Part shown: in pieces, positions 36,788 through 49,819 of the stretch
Layout: every line of letters begins with the position of its first letter
Numbering within the stretch: the first letter of the stretch is position 1
Source: Massalongia carnosa
Taxonomy: Eukaryota
Direction of reading: 5' to 3'
Assembly: GCA_965645245.1 (NCBI GenBank)
Contig: OZ287068.1
Span: 1,736,001-1,800,000 of the forward strand
DNA: 64,000 bases
Position numbers and translations under genes: made by a program
Notes under the pieces: generated by a model
What the model was told of the DNA's origin: nothing
The model's input: only the letters and a program-made list of their open reading frames with translations
Database searches by the model: none

Positions 36788-39700
36788 TCACAAATACAGA
36801 GACTGTGCAGCAACGATATCTCGGCGAACCTTGGTCAGCGATTGTTCAAACTTCTGTTCCAGGTCTTCGCTTCCCATGACCTTCGCGGCCTGTGCCATCT
36901 GCCTTAACAACTCCTCCAAACGTCTAAAAAGGCGGATCAAGCTGCCTTCGTATACATCAGTCATTTTACTATTATTGTCAGCAAAAATGAAAGTACTCGT
37001 AAGAATTCAGGCATACCAGATATCTGCAAACGACTTTCCATGCGCCCAGGCATATACTACCTCCATTAACTGATACTTGAAGCCTTGCACGTATTCATCT
37101 TCGTTAAGAGGCAATTTGCTCTCTTGGGAGACCTTCGAGACCATCCTTGCTTTTGCTTGGATTTCACGGAACGGTTTTGCAAGCACCTCTCTTAAAGGGG
37201 GTGCTTCGGATTTTTCCTCGAAGATGAAGCAGCTGAGGACAGCGGCACACAATTCCGGGGTAAGCTCATTGAAAAAGCGGTCGAATAAGAGCTCGCTAAG
37301 AAGCAGTTCATCCCCTGTGCTGATCTCACATGCAACCCGTGCTTTCAGCTCAACGACTTCGGCCTCGTTGATGAAACCAAAGCGGCGTAGGACACGCTTT
37401 CGGCATTTAAGTTCATCCAGTTGCATTATCGATAGAGCCGCGGTGATCCGTTTCTTCACCGCTCTAATTTTTTCCGAGATCTCTATCTTTCCAGCATACT
37501 GGTTATACAAATCGGGAAGGCGAGGAGAATTATGCAGAGGGTTGGACAAGAGCCGAGATTCAAGAACTTCGATTTTCTGCTCGTGATTAGGTAACAGCAG
37601 TTGATTGAAAAGGTTAGACCTACCCTGAGGAGTTTTTTGAACGATGCATCCGTGATACCCATATTCTCAATCGGATCAAGAACTGCAATTCCGTCTGGAA
37701 ATCTTCGCTTTACCTCATCAAGGGACTTGCGGACGGTGTTTCGCTGATCAGTTGATTTCAAATCTTGAGGCAGGAAGATCCTGACGTGACCGATGGATTC
37801 AACGCAGTTTAGTAATACTGGTACAACTTCCATCTTGACTTTATCTCCCTCTACTGCTGGTCTGATTCCCGGCGGTAGTGAATTGGAAGCTCGTGGTCCC
37901 ATAGTAGAGGATTCGGCCACCTGAAGCAAGACGTCTATTACGTACGACTCTTGGGGTGTGATTTCCTCAGCCTTCTGGTCTTTGCTGCGTTTGACTGCAG
38001 TAAAGTTAACGACTGCACCCCATCCGAAATCAAATTCCTCGTGTTTCACCCTAATAAGTCGACCTGATTGCATGAATTGGAGGCAGTAGTTTGGATGATT
38101 GATCACATCGCGCATGTCTTTTGTATATGTACTCAGTTGCTGCCTTAGGTCATAGTATTCGCGAATTGTACCCTCGTCTGATATTACGATGTCAGATCTT
38201 TGCGATCCAAGTTCATGGAGCTCTGAAGCACTGTTAGTAATGTGCGGCTTCTGAAAAATGCCTTGGATCCAACCAACCTTTCTCAAGACCGGAGACACTG
38301 GCGGTGTTTTGGAATTGATAGAAACATTTTTCCAACATGAACTCGGGGGATATGCCTTCAACCCTCATCAAATTTAGGATCATGTTGTAACCCAAATAGA
38401 AAGCCGAGTTCAGCTTGTCTTGCTCGCCTCTTACAATTTCCTTAGCGACGGCTGGTTCCATCTGCTCGTCTATCATCATAATTACAATTCCTCGGTCATC
38501 AAGACCTCGTCTGCCGGCCCGTCCAGACATTTGCACAAACTCCGAGGGACTAACCCACCTCAGAGAAACGCCGTCAAATTTTCTAACACTTGTAAAAACC
38601 ACAGTCTTTGCAGGCATATTCAAGCCGATGGAGAAGGTTTCTGTTGCGAATAACACTTTAATGAGCCCTTCCTGAAATAGAATCTCGATAGTTTCTTTTA
38701 ATATCGGTAGAAGCCCTGAATGATGGATACCAATCCCTCTCTTGAGTAGTGGAAGGATATTCTGAATTTGCGGCAGTTGTTTGTCGTCGTCTGATAGCAT
38801 CTCCAGGGCGTTGTTGAAGACTTTATCGACCATAGCCTTTTCCGATTCTTCGTTGAATGTTAAATTACTCATTTGGAGAGCGTAAGATTCGCACATGTTT
38901 TTGCTGAAACTAAACACAATAACTGGGTTATAGTTTTTCATCATTATCATCTTGACAATCTTGTAAATATCGGAAGGTCCCTTAGTTCCCCCTTTGTTTA
39001 GCTTTTTATCCTTACCTTTACCTCTGCGTTTAGCCATGGCATCCGCAGGATCATCTCCTAATTTATCAGCTATGGTGTTCATAGCCTTGTTGAAGTTGTC
39101 TTCTCGAAAAACTCCTTTTTCATCAACAACTAAATGTATCCCGTCGGCTCCTTGGGGGAAGAAATAGTGCTGTAAAGGTGTAGGGCGAAAATCGGTGTAT
39201 ACTACATGACATGGCTGGCCATGAGTTTTGGTAATCCATTCAGCGAACTGCATTGCATTTGGAATTGTGGCGGACAGAAAAACGTAGCGGACTTTGTCTG
39301 GCAAAAGTATGATTGTTTCTTCCCAAACGACCCCACGAGCTACACTGGTCAACTTTATCATCTTAAATATCAGCCGTTCTTAGGCTTACCCTTGTCCCTC
39401 ATGTAATGAATCTCGTCGAATACTACCCAGGCCACCTCCCGCATAATCTCCGAACCTCTGTACAACATTGATCGCAAAATCTTGAAAGTAAGCTTTGGAA
39501 CCACCTTGAAAAAGAACATGACTTACTTCTGTAGTCATTACTAGACATGTCGCAGTTGGGTTTATCGTTACATCTCCAGTCATCAGGCCAACATCTCCAA
39601 ACTCGGCCGCAAATTCTCGGTATTTTTGATTACTCAATGCTTTGATAGGGCTTGTGTAAATAACCCTTTGGTTGTTTTTCAGGCTCTGGGCGATGGCATA

Positions 39701-40255
39701 TTCGGCCACCACTGTTTTCCCTGCGCTGGTGTGTGCAGATACCAGGACACTCTCGCCCCTCTCAATAGACGCTATCGAAACCTTTTGAAAAGGGTCCAAA
39801 GTAAAAGACCAAGTCCTTGCGGGAGTTTCAGGGGCCTTGTGTTCTGAAATAGGAACATAGTTGTAGTCCGGAGGTAGCGCAACCTGATGCCTAACTTGAT
39901 GAGACAACACAACAGCAGTACCCTCTTTTGACGCCAGAAGCCCAGCGGACGCAGCAACTTCTCGGGATTGTTCGGTTTCAAAGGTGTCTGTGACTACAGG
40001 CTCTGCTGTTGCCTCCCGTCGTTGTCTTTTGGGTTCTGAATGGGGCTCATCCATTAGATTATGTCTATCATCTTGCAGCTTCTCCGTGTCCGTAGCATCG
40101 GCCATCACGGAATCCCGATCTCCATCAATAACACCAGCCGTTTCTTTAGCTTCCCCATTTGCTTGTCTCTTTTTGATCCTGTCTTTTCTAGACTTTTGAT
40201 GGAGTGTGTTGGGCCCAGATGACTGATCCTCGAAGACATTAAATAGTTCATCCAT
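36788..40255 (-). CDS. MTR4: ATP-dependent RNA helicase Mtr4/Dob1 (Ski2-like), multi-exon
   Basis: [57 protein letters not shown]/arch region, EGSLIRLF and terminal SLYL*. Confidence 0.97.
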
Positions 40256-40516
40256 GCTTTCTGGATCTTGAATGCCGCCTGGGAGGATTTTGACAGAGTT
40301 TCATAGGACTAGCGCATATCATGAGAATTTGTAACTTACGCTGCCGGAAGTTGCCGCATCGGTCTGATGAAATTCCGAGCCTTTGCCGGATTGAAAAAAC
40401 CTTTTGTCATGTCGTTGAACATCTTAGAACACAATCTTAGGGAACAGTGTTCTTTTAATAACCCCTACAACCACCCTGGTTGCTGAGCTTGCTAATATTT
40501 TCAATTACATCTCGAT

Positions 40517-42489
40517 ATGGCAGACGAAGAGAGACGAAGCTCGAAGCGGTCTCGTTTTGACCAGACTGAACCTGAAGTTAAGCGTTCATCCCGCTTTGAT
40601 CGACGTTCACGTTCCCCCGCAAACAGACACTCAGACTCAAGACGAAGCCGTAGTCCTATACATTACAAGTCAATGTCCAGTCCTTCAGAAGACAAAAAAA
40701 TCTTAGCTCTTGATCCAGCGGCAGCGGCAGGTAAATTAAGCAAAGTCTATAACTGAAAGGGTTAACTAATTTTATCATGCAGCGGCCGCAGCAGCCCGAA
40801 TTGGCGCTTCGATACAGGCCAAGAAGGGTATACAACATGTGGATGTTCCACCCATTCGTGCAGTGAGTGATTATAAACCTTTCATTGAGAGTGTCGTAGC
40901 TTACAATAAGTTAGACGGCAAGTCCAGTGGGCAAGGTCTCTTCCCCGGGCATTTCTGGTTCTAGCACTAGTAATATTAATGGAGACATGTACATTGCGGA
41001 CGGAGACTATATCAAGGATATTGAAGTGAACGATCTCCGAAACCGATACACGCTGACCAAAGGCGCGACACAAAAGATGGTAAATATTCTTGTCATACCC
41101 ACTGATATATTCAGGCACCTGTTTCACGAAACTATAAGATTCATGCAGTTTTACTTTCTGTCTATCATTCTTGGTGATATGTTGAAGCTTACGATCTGCT
41201 GACATAGCACGTTCAAACCCTCATTGGCATCTGCTGACCTCCGCTGCGTGACATCTAGATTAAGGATGAGACTGGCGCCGGTACGCACAACCTAACGTTT
41301 ACAGACTTTGGAGAACAGAAGCTCATCAGTGTAAAGATGTCACGACACGAGGAAACTATTATCCTGACAAGAGCATGGCGACCGCCGCCGTGAGTGCTTC
41401 CATGGTAACCGCTAGTGGGTCTAATGAAATGCTAATAGTAATACTAGAACCCTCCTTTATATCTTCATATCACTAGTACTTCAAAAGACGGTCTCGAGAA
41501 AGCGGTACAGCGTGTCGAGGAGCTTATGAAGCAAGAGCTTCCTAACCTTGTAGATGAGAGAAGATTTAGACGTAGAGAACCTGAGCAGGTTGAACGTGAT
41601 GAGTTTGGTCGTGTAAGAGACTTTACAAAATTTTGGTAATTTATCTAACTTACCGGCAGCGGAAATGGCCAGAGGAAAGAATTCCGATTAATCTTGAGCC
41701 TATCCCCGGGTTCAATTTACGTGCACAGGTGGTGGGTCATCAAGGCGCTTACGTGAAGCATATTCAGCAGGAGACCCGGTGCCGAGTTCAAATCAAGGGG
41801 CATAATTCAGGGTTTATGGAGCATGGCACAGGGAGAGAGAGCGACGAGCCAATGTACCTCCATGTAGCGTAAGCAACATGCATCTGCATCTATGCTTCAT
41901 AACTAACCAAAACCAGAGGGCCCGATCCACGAGAAGTTCAACACGCCAAAGAACTCTGCGAAGACCTCCTCACCAACGTCAAGGAGCAATACGAGCGTTT
42001 CAAAGAGAATCCTCCTCAACAAAACCGAGGTTACGGCTCCACTGGCTACCAGCAAGGAGACCGTCAAGGCTATGGTGCTCCATTTGGTGCCTATGGCAGT
42101 CAGCAAACTCCAGCGCCAGCCGCTGCAGCCATTCCAGCACCTCCAGGAACTCCAAGTGCACCCGGAGCGGGGAGCCCCACCGATTACAGCGCGCAGTATG
42201 CGCAGTATTACGGCGGTCAAGATCCGTATGCGGCGTATGGCGGCTACCAGGCCTACGCTGCATACTATCAACAATATTATCAGCAGCAGGCCCAGCCAAC
42301 AGCCCCAGGCGCTGCTCCTCCAAGCCCGCCGAGCGATGATCCCCCGCCTCCACCACCACCAAGCGGCTCGCCACCCGCTGTGAATGGAGCTTACAATAGC
42401 GTGAGTAGTCTTGAGAACCTGATAGTTTCCAATTCATGTGTGGTGTTATTGACTCCCTGGGCTAGGTTCCGCCACCTCCGGGCTTGTAA
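40517..42489 (+). CDS. KH-domain RNA-binding/splicing protein (KHDC4/BLOM7-like), multi-exon
   Basis: RS-rich N-terminus, IKDIEVNDLRNRYTLTKGATQ, VTTRGNYYPD, PPLYLHITS, FNLRAQVVG..YVKHIQQETRCRVQIKG, and a Y/Q/P-rich tail ending VPPPPGL*. Confidence 0.85.
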
Positions 42490-42982
42490 CACTGGAAGTC
42501 GACCAAACAGGTCCTGGCTTTGATGCGGAATCGGAAAGATATGAAACCAGTTTACTAGTCTACCTTGGGCATATTTCGGTGGCATAGCAATGTCTTTGTC
42601 AAAGTGATCTTGTCATGTTACTGCCCCCTTTGTCGTCCCTTCTTTGCCCATGTTATCTCTCCTCACAAGGTTGTGGTGGCTCAGGTCGTTCGACGGCTAC
42701 ATCTGTATTTATTATTGGAGGCCTTTGAACGATGCCGTCTCTAAACTGTAACTGGAAAAGAAATTCTTCCGCTTCAGATCCAGTTAGTTTAAGCGATGTT
42801 GTAACTAGACGATAGTTTCTCTGGCGATATCTGCATCTCATCCCTAACTGTGTGCGCATCAACCTCCGCACCTTCAACTCCCATTACGAATGCCCCTGAA
42901 CATATTCAAAAATCCCTTTCCGTCTTGATCGCAATCCAACCGCGGTACAATGCCCATCGATCAAAATCAATCTCCCGAAAAG

Positions 42983-44635
42983 CTAACCATACCCCTCGCC
43001 ATAAAAGTCCTCCCGCTGTTTCTGCGTACTGACCCATTCCTCGCTCGCCAGCCCTTCTTTTCGACGCTCCTGGAGTCCAGCCGCATCCTTGCAGAAATCA
43101 CACGCGAAATCGCACCCGTTATGCGTTTCCCCCTGCTGTGTTTCGCCGAAAAAGTCGCGGATGGCAGCGTGCCGGCAGCGAGTCACACTCTCGCAATATG
43201 CGACCAGTTTCTGGAAACTATACGCGCGGGTTTGGGCCCGGACAGCATCCTTCCCGGCAGCTCCGCCGCCGTTGTTGTTTTGATGGCTAACGTGATTCCC
43301 CGCAGCGTCCTTGCCAATCCGCCACGCGACACGATCCCGTTCCTCGCGGGAGTAGAACAGTACGCACACTGCCGCTTTGCCATCGCGGCCCGCGCGGCCT
43401 GCTTCCTGATAGTAGCCCTCGAAACTTTTGGGTAGGCTCCAGTGCACGACGAAGCGCACGTCTTGCTTATCTATACCCATGCCGAACGCCGTCGTGGCAA
43501 CGATGACGTCATGCCCGGGCTCATTGGCGATCCATTTCTGTTGGCACGCGACGCGATCCGAAGTGGAGAGGCCGGCGTGGTAAGGGGCTGCGCCGATGTT
43601 GTTGGCGCGTAGCCGGGCGGCGAGGGTATCGCAATCCGCACGGAAAGGGACGTAGATGATGCCTGAGACGGCGTCTGCACGAGTCCGAGTGGCTACGAGT
43701 TCTAGCTTGCGAGCAGGGTCAGTAGCGCGACGGGTATGAATTGCACGGAGCCAAGTAAGGAGTTCGTGGAAGCGGGTATCGGACTGGTCGGAGGTGAAGC
43801 GGAGTTCGTAGTGTAGGTTGGGCCGGGCGGTGCTGGCACAGAAAGTGCGAAGAGTGGCGGGGTTGAGGGAGAGGGTGGATATTATGGAGGCGCGAACGGC
43901 GGGAGTAGCAGTTGCGGTGAGGCAGATTATGGGGACGGAGGGGTAGGTGCTCCGGAAGTGAGAGAGGTGGGAGTAGGCGCGGCGGAAATCATGGCCCCAT
44001 TCAGAGATGCAGTGAGCTTCATCGATTGCGATACGGGCGAGTTCGCCTTGCTCGTAAATGGTTTGGAGGCAGCGTTGAAAGGATTCATTGAGAGTGTATT
44101 CAGGAGTAATGTAGAGGAGGCGGGTGTGTGGATGACCTTTTTGGAAGTTTAGCGGGGGTTGTTTTGAACATGGAAGGGTTCTGTTATACCGCAGCGGAGA
44201 TCATTGATAATTTCTGTGCGGTCTTCAGGGAGGGTATTGGAATTGAGAGTCGCCACAGGGATATCGGCTGCTTGCAAAGCGGAGACTTGATTGTTCATCA
44301 AGGCAAGCAGCGGTGATATGACCACGGTGATACCATGATCGATTACAGCAGGCAATTGAAAGCAGAGGCTTTTGCCAAATGATGTTGCTTTGAGAGATCA
44401 GCGGGAAATCTATGAAGTATATATTCTTGGTGTGAAAAGATACCAGCTTGCACGAAGACATCATTGCCTTCTAGAGCTGCGTTGATGATTTCCCGCTGAA
44501 ATGGTCCGCTTCATGTCAGCATATGCTTTTATCGAAGCAATGGGCTCACCTGAAGCTAGTCTTGCCAAACACTCTCCGTAGCGTAAAGTCGATATCGACG
44601 GGATGGTTCTTCTTATCGATGAAAGTTGGGGACAT
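42983..44635 (-). CDS. Short RecQ-family DNA helicase (core + Zn-binding RQC part, no HRDC)
   Basis: ATSFGKSLCFQLPA, ISPLLALM, IDEAHCISEWGHDFR, AFGMGIDKQDVRFVVHW, YYQEAGRAGRDG, CRH...CDFACDFC. Confidence 0.92.
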
Positions 44636-45215
44636 TACGAGGATGTTGCTCTAGCCGCATAAATCTCTCCTGTTTGCATATGTAAGTAACCCTTATGCAC
44701 GTCAACTCTTGATGGTCCTGGCAGTTCAACGAAAAAGCTTAAACCCCCTAAATAAAGCTTAGCTCGTCATCCTCAGGTATATGTATGTCGTCACCTTGCT
44801 AAAAGCTGCATTGTCACCTCCCATTACTGTAACCCTTCACTAGGTTTGAGAGCTTTCATCAACCAGCTAATAAGGAGGAGACGCTACCGAGTTATGTACG
44901 TTTAAACACCGCTGAATCTGCACTTAAGATGGAGAGGACCTTTGTAGACTAGCGGACCGAAGACGTTGATGACGAGCGGCTACAGTTACTGCCAGCGCCA
45001 GGGGAGAAAGTGGCTAAGATTTGGAGGCGAATCATGGGGATTCTAGTGCGGAGGTGAACTCTATGTTGTAAGGTTTTCGGATCTAAATATGAAGGAAAAG
45101 AACCATTTCCTCGAAGAGGATTCCCAAGACTTGGGGAAGATACACCCGGCTTTTCTATATCTTTCAAAATACACCCTCACCAATAATTCCAAGTCAGAGC
45201 AAACCATCAAATCGT

Positions 45216-46339
45216 TCATACACCCCGCGCGTCCCCCTCCCACGCCACGATACCATCAGCATACTTCCTCGCCTCTTCCTCCATCTTAACGACGCTGATC
45301 CTCCCCTCTAATGCATTTCGCACCCCATCAACAACCTCCTTTTCGTCCATGACCTCACCCATAACCTGTCTTTCCTTGCGCCAATATACCTCTCCACGCA
45401 TCCGCAACCCCTCGTCCCGTACCACTACGTTGCGTACAATACCCACAGCGTTTAAACGCGCCTGCGCGTTCTCCAACACCTTAGTGGCAGCCTCCATCCT
45501 CTCACCTGCATTTGGTGGCACGGCGAAGATCCGGTTTGTGGATGCTGCCCATAGGAGTCCTGCCAAAATGGCGTCGGCAATACAGATGGTGATGCCGCGA
45601 ATAGTACGCATGCGCCAGTGAAACAGGTCGAGGTCTTCAGGGCGTAGGACACGCGCATTGGCTTTGCTATCGTGGGTGCTGACAATATAGCAATCTGCAA
45701 GCGCGATTGCGACGCCCAGGCCGATAGCGCCTGACCGCCACCTTAAGCCGTACTTCCCAGACACAGCAGAGGAGGTGGCCAGGCCAAGGGCGAAAAGGTG
45801 CAGCAGATGCGGGAGGAGAAGCGAGGGGAGCGCATAATAGAAGTATGTCGAGGGCTCGTCAGATATGCAGAAGGGACAATGCGTCAGAACGTCAGGGCCG
45901 TATGTGAGATAGAAGCATCGGGCGTCTAGAGAGGCAAGGCGAGGTCGGAGCTGGCGGTCGGACTCGGTGAGGGTGGTACTCGGGCGGATCAGGCCAAGGC
46001 GGGTGAAGAGAACGTCATTAGGGGTCTGGAGGCGGGAAGACGTGACGGCGAATATGTTTTCGGGGGAGAGGAAGGGAAGGGTGCAAATAAAGGCGATGGA
46101 AGCGGTGATGAAGAGGATGTTAAGGGCTCGGAAGACGGGGACAGGCGTGGCTCGGATTGGGACGGGGGAGGTCTTTGTAATGGCACGCTGGGTCCGGTAG
46201 TAACTGATTAGGCGGGGGAGAAAGAGGGGACCGAGCGTGAAGAGGACGGTTTGAAGCCTGGGATGGATTACCAAGGACTTTTTGGGTGTGGGTGGGAATG
46301 GTTGGTTTGGACTTACGTAGATAGGTTTATGGTGACCAT
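45216..46339 (-). CDS. Conserved fungal multi-pass membrane protein of unknown function (2 exons)
   Basis: Long ORF with several hydrophobic segments, PENIF..TSSRL and YGPDVLTHCPFC. Short first exon from ATG 46339 with a GTAAGT donor. Confidence 0.7.
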
Positions 46340-47040
46340 TTTCGCAATTGGGTTATAATAGAGTAATGGGAACAACCATTGTAACTAAATGACTCTGAGC
46401 ACAGAAGGAATGAAAGTTGGAATGTTGAAGCTTGAGAAATGGAATTAATATTGGAGAACGAGAAGACACCTTTCAAGCGACTGGTCGGTTACAAGAAAGA
46501 TGCGATATGAGCTAGCACCAATTGAGCTAGCCAACACCGAACACTAACTTCAAAGTTCGACATCAAGTCTTCACAGACCAACCAAATACTTGTGCCACCT
46601 ACAATGAATAAGGTAGCCAATGACTCATGTTCAGGTGCTCCAAACGTGAATCTACTTGAATCCTCTCGTTATGTATACATGTTTAAAGTCCAGCAATGAA
46701 ACCGAAATCCTCTTCTCTCAGCCCTCTTTGGGTGTGTCTCCATCCTCATGTGCTCTGGAGTAGCACTCTGTACTCGACAGAGACCAAACCACGGCACTTT
46801 CGAAGCTTTAGAGATCCCTATTTCAATGATCCCTCAAAGTCAAAAAGTCATGCCAATAGAGAGCCCCATAGCTTCTGCCAAGGAGCTTCTCACTTCGTGT
46901 TGCAGTATCACAGCGAAAGCCATGAAAGACATTGCGTCAATAAGATGAGAGACATTGGTAAAAAGAATTCATAGGTATCGAAACACAGCGGTTGATCTCC
47001 TTTCTAGCTTAGAGTCAGCAAGAAAATCCCAACCCTAACT

Positions 47041-47892
47041 CTACAGCTCTTTTTTATCTTCCCTTCCCCCAGGCCTCGCTGGGACAGCAACCTTCCGTGT
47101 TCCCTTCTCCTTTCCTGCTGTAACCAGTACGTAGGTTGCCACTATAGCTGCCCCAACAAGCTGCACCACAGTCGCGCAAGCAATGCCCCACATCTGGATA
47201 CTCACACTCCCTGTCGGCGCTCGCGGAAAGGCTAGTAACCACTCCACGTAGCCTGGCACCCACCCTTGCGGTAACCAGAACATAGGCCGTTTCGCAAACC
47301 ACCATTGCAACAACACGCGCAGGCCATTCGTGCCTAACCAGCGAGTAGCTGTGACCACTTTGTCAAACGTGCTTCGGAATGACTGTAGGGAGGATGCTAT
47401 TTTGCACCGCAAAGGGAGGAAATCAGCAGCATGTAGAACTCGGAATTTCGGAACTTCGTGAAGGGTGTATGAGTATCTATGGGATCGAGAGATGGAAACA
47501 TCATCCCTACAAATTTCCTCGTATTGCGTGACCGCCTTATCATGCTGCCGCCTCAGCTTGGCCCATTTCGCAAACTCGTCCTGCGAGCTCGTGCCATTCA
47601 GCTCCCGCTTTAGGCGAACCACCTCCGCCCGAAGCCGATTCTGCAAGGTGACCGAAGCCCCAGTGGAGGGGTAGAATCTGGCGAAGAGCATCCATAACTA
47701 TGTGAAAATAGAAGCCAAATAAAATGTCCGCGGTCAGCGACAGGGTTTAGGAACTCTCTCTTTTCTTCTCGGGGGGGAGTTGCGGAAGGGGGCAGTGGGG
47801 CTTACTAGGCTGTTGATGACAGGCGCGCCGACGGTGTTGACAAGGTGGATGAGTAGCTGCAGCAGAAAGACTACGACGAGAAGAGAAAGCAT
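47041..47892 (-). CDS. GET1: Guided entry of tail-anchored proteins 1 (GET1/WRB), 3 exons
   Basis: MLSLLVVVFLLQLLIHLVNTVGA, SSQDEFAKWAKLRRQHDK, PMFWLPQGWVP..VEWLLAFPRAPTGSVS. Confidence 0.93.
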
Positions 47893-48062
47893 GGTTGGTG
47901 CTCAAGTACTCTTGATTCCAGCACCGGACGCATGGAATCAGAAACCCGTTCCACAAGGTTAATTCCCCTAAGCGGGAAGGTTCAGCCCTACGCCCTATAC
48001 ATAGCATCCAACTCCATAAAGTACGGTAACCCCCACCATCCCCGTCCTTCTTCCCGCCCCCA

Positions 48063-49265
48063 ATGCCGCATCCCCTCCCCCTTCCCCCCACCTCCTCCTC
48101 AACCTACACCCACCTCATCTCCCTCCTCTCCTCCCACCCACCACACATTCTAGAACTCGATATCCTCCCCTCCTCCTACCCTCCCGAGATCCTCTCTTCG
48201 AGCTCCGCCATCGCCATCCCGAAACCCCTCCTCGCCTCCCTCTTCCTCACCGCCCGCCATGCGTTCTTCTCCCATCTCGTGTCCCAGACGACGAAACACC
48301 CTGGTGGGGTGGTTCGCGCGGAAAGACAAGATCACGTTCGAGATCCCGGCATAGCCTCCTCTTACGACGCGGCTTTCTCCGCGACCCCGATACTCCTTCT
48401 GTGGGATCCTAACCACCTCACCGCCGCGAATTTCCGCAAAAGGCATCTTTGCACCCTTTACGCTTGCCCTACAACCCCCCTTCCCGAAACCTTCAATAAG
48501 CCTACCCCGTTCCAAGAAGCCCTAACAGCCGACCTCGACCTCCTCTCCTCTCTCCTCACCTCACCCCTCCCCAAGCACCCCAAAGCCCCAACGCTCTGGT
48601 CCCACCGACTCTTCCTTCTACGCACCTTTTTCGCCGATTTTGCCACCGTCACCGCATCGTTTCCCCCCGCCGCGTCCGAAACCTCCTCGCAGAAAAGAGG
48701 CGAAGAAGAAGCGCAAGGGGGAAGCGAAGAGAATCGCAGTCCTGGTACAACGCTACTATGGACGCACGAGCTAGCCCTTGTAATGATAGCCGCCGAGCGC
48801 CATCCTAGGAACTACTACGCGTGGGACTATGCTCGGCAGGCATTAGGGTTGATATCTTCGCAGCCACTAGATGCGAATAATGGAACAGCCGAGCGCCGCG
48901 GAGGAGCAGAACCCGATAAAAAACGCCTCGTAGTAGCAGCCGGAAGCGTGCGCGCCGTACAGGCATGGTGTTTCCGGCATCCGCGGGATATCTCCGGGTG
49001 GGCGTTTCTGGAGTTTCTGCTCCGGGCGCTGCGGGGCGGTTATTCTTCTTCCTATTCCTCGCCTTATGGTAGGAGTAACTTGCGCTCCTCCCGCATCTGT
49101 GAAATGGTGTTGGAAGAGAAGGAGCAGAAGCAGGAAGAGATACGAGAAAAAGATAGAGAAGAAGAACAAAGGGTGCTACGCGAAACGAGAGAATTTACGA
49201 AAAAGTTTGCGTGGAGGGGCGGTAGCGTCGAGTGGTTTTTGGGGGTTATGCAAGATGATTGTTAA
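48063..49265 (+). CDS. Protein prenyltransferase alpha-subunit repeat protein (PTAR1/Ecm9-like)
   Basis: LLWDPNHLTAANFRKR, KHPKAPTLWSHR, ERHPRNYYAWDYAR and HPRDISGWAFL PPTA-type repeats. Confidence 0.85.
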   Translation: MPHPLPLPPTSSSTYTHLISLLSSHPPHILELDILPSSYPPEILSSSSAIAIPKPLLASLFLTARHAFFSHLVSQTTKHPGGVVRAERQDHVRDPGIASSYDAAFSATPILLLWDPNHLTAANFRKRHLCTLYACPTTPLPETFNKPTPFQEALTADLDLLSSLLTSPLPKHPKAPTLWSHRLFLLRTFFADFATVTASFPPAASETSSQKRGEEEAQGGSEENRSPGTTLLWTHELALVMIAAERHPRNYYAWDYARQALGLISSQPLDANNGTAERRGGAEPDKKRLVVAAGSVRAVQAWCFRHPRDISGWAFLEFLLRALRGGYSSSYSSPYGRSNLRSSRICEMVLEEKEQKQEEIREKDREEEQRVLRETREFTKKFAWRGGSVEWFLGVMQDDC

Positions 49266-49819
49266 GATAGATAGAGGGATAGATACCCAAAGGGATAAGT
49301 ATGGTAGGTATGGGATGGGAAACCTCGAACCACCAAGGTAGAAAGGTAGGTAGGTAGTTAGGCCTTCCTCAACGCATATGACCTAGCCAACCAACCCATC
49401 AATGACGAATCGGTTCCAAGAAAAACCACCGCATTCACCACAACAATAGCAGAGGATGTTGACGCAAACACGTGAGCGAACTCGCGTTTTCAAAAGCTTG
49501 GCTCATTGTGGGAAGGGATGGAGATTGCACGTGAGAGAAAAAGTTCTGTAATCTTCGATAAGTGTGGCTTTTTGTACAAAGAAACAAAGAATATCAAATG
49601 AGGGTATCATGGTTCCTTTCCCTCGTATTTGCGCCATAATACATGTTGAAAACAATGAAAGCAAGAGAATTCAACTCTCTCGAGCAATTGAACCCTTTGC
49701 CTTCAATCAACGCTCTAAAAAAACTGTAAACTTCCGGCTGTTCTATCACAAGGCAAGGCACCATGGGCCCGCTCACCCTCATGTACCTCGTTCACTTTAT
49801 GGCACTCCCGCTACTTTGT

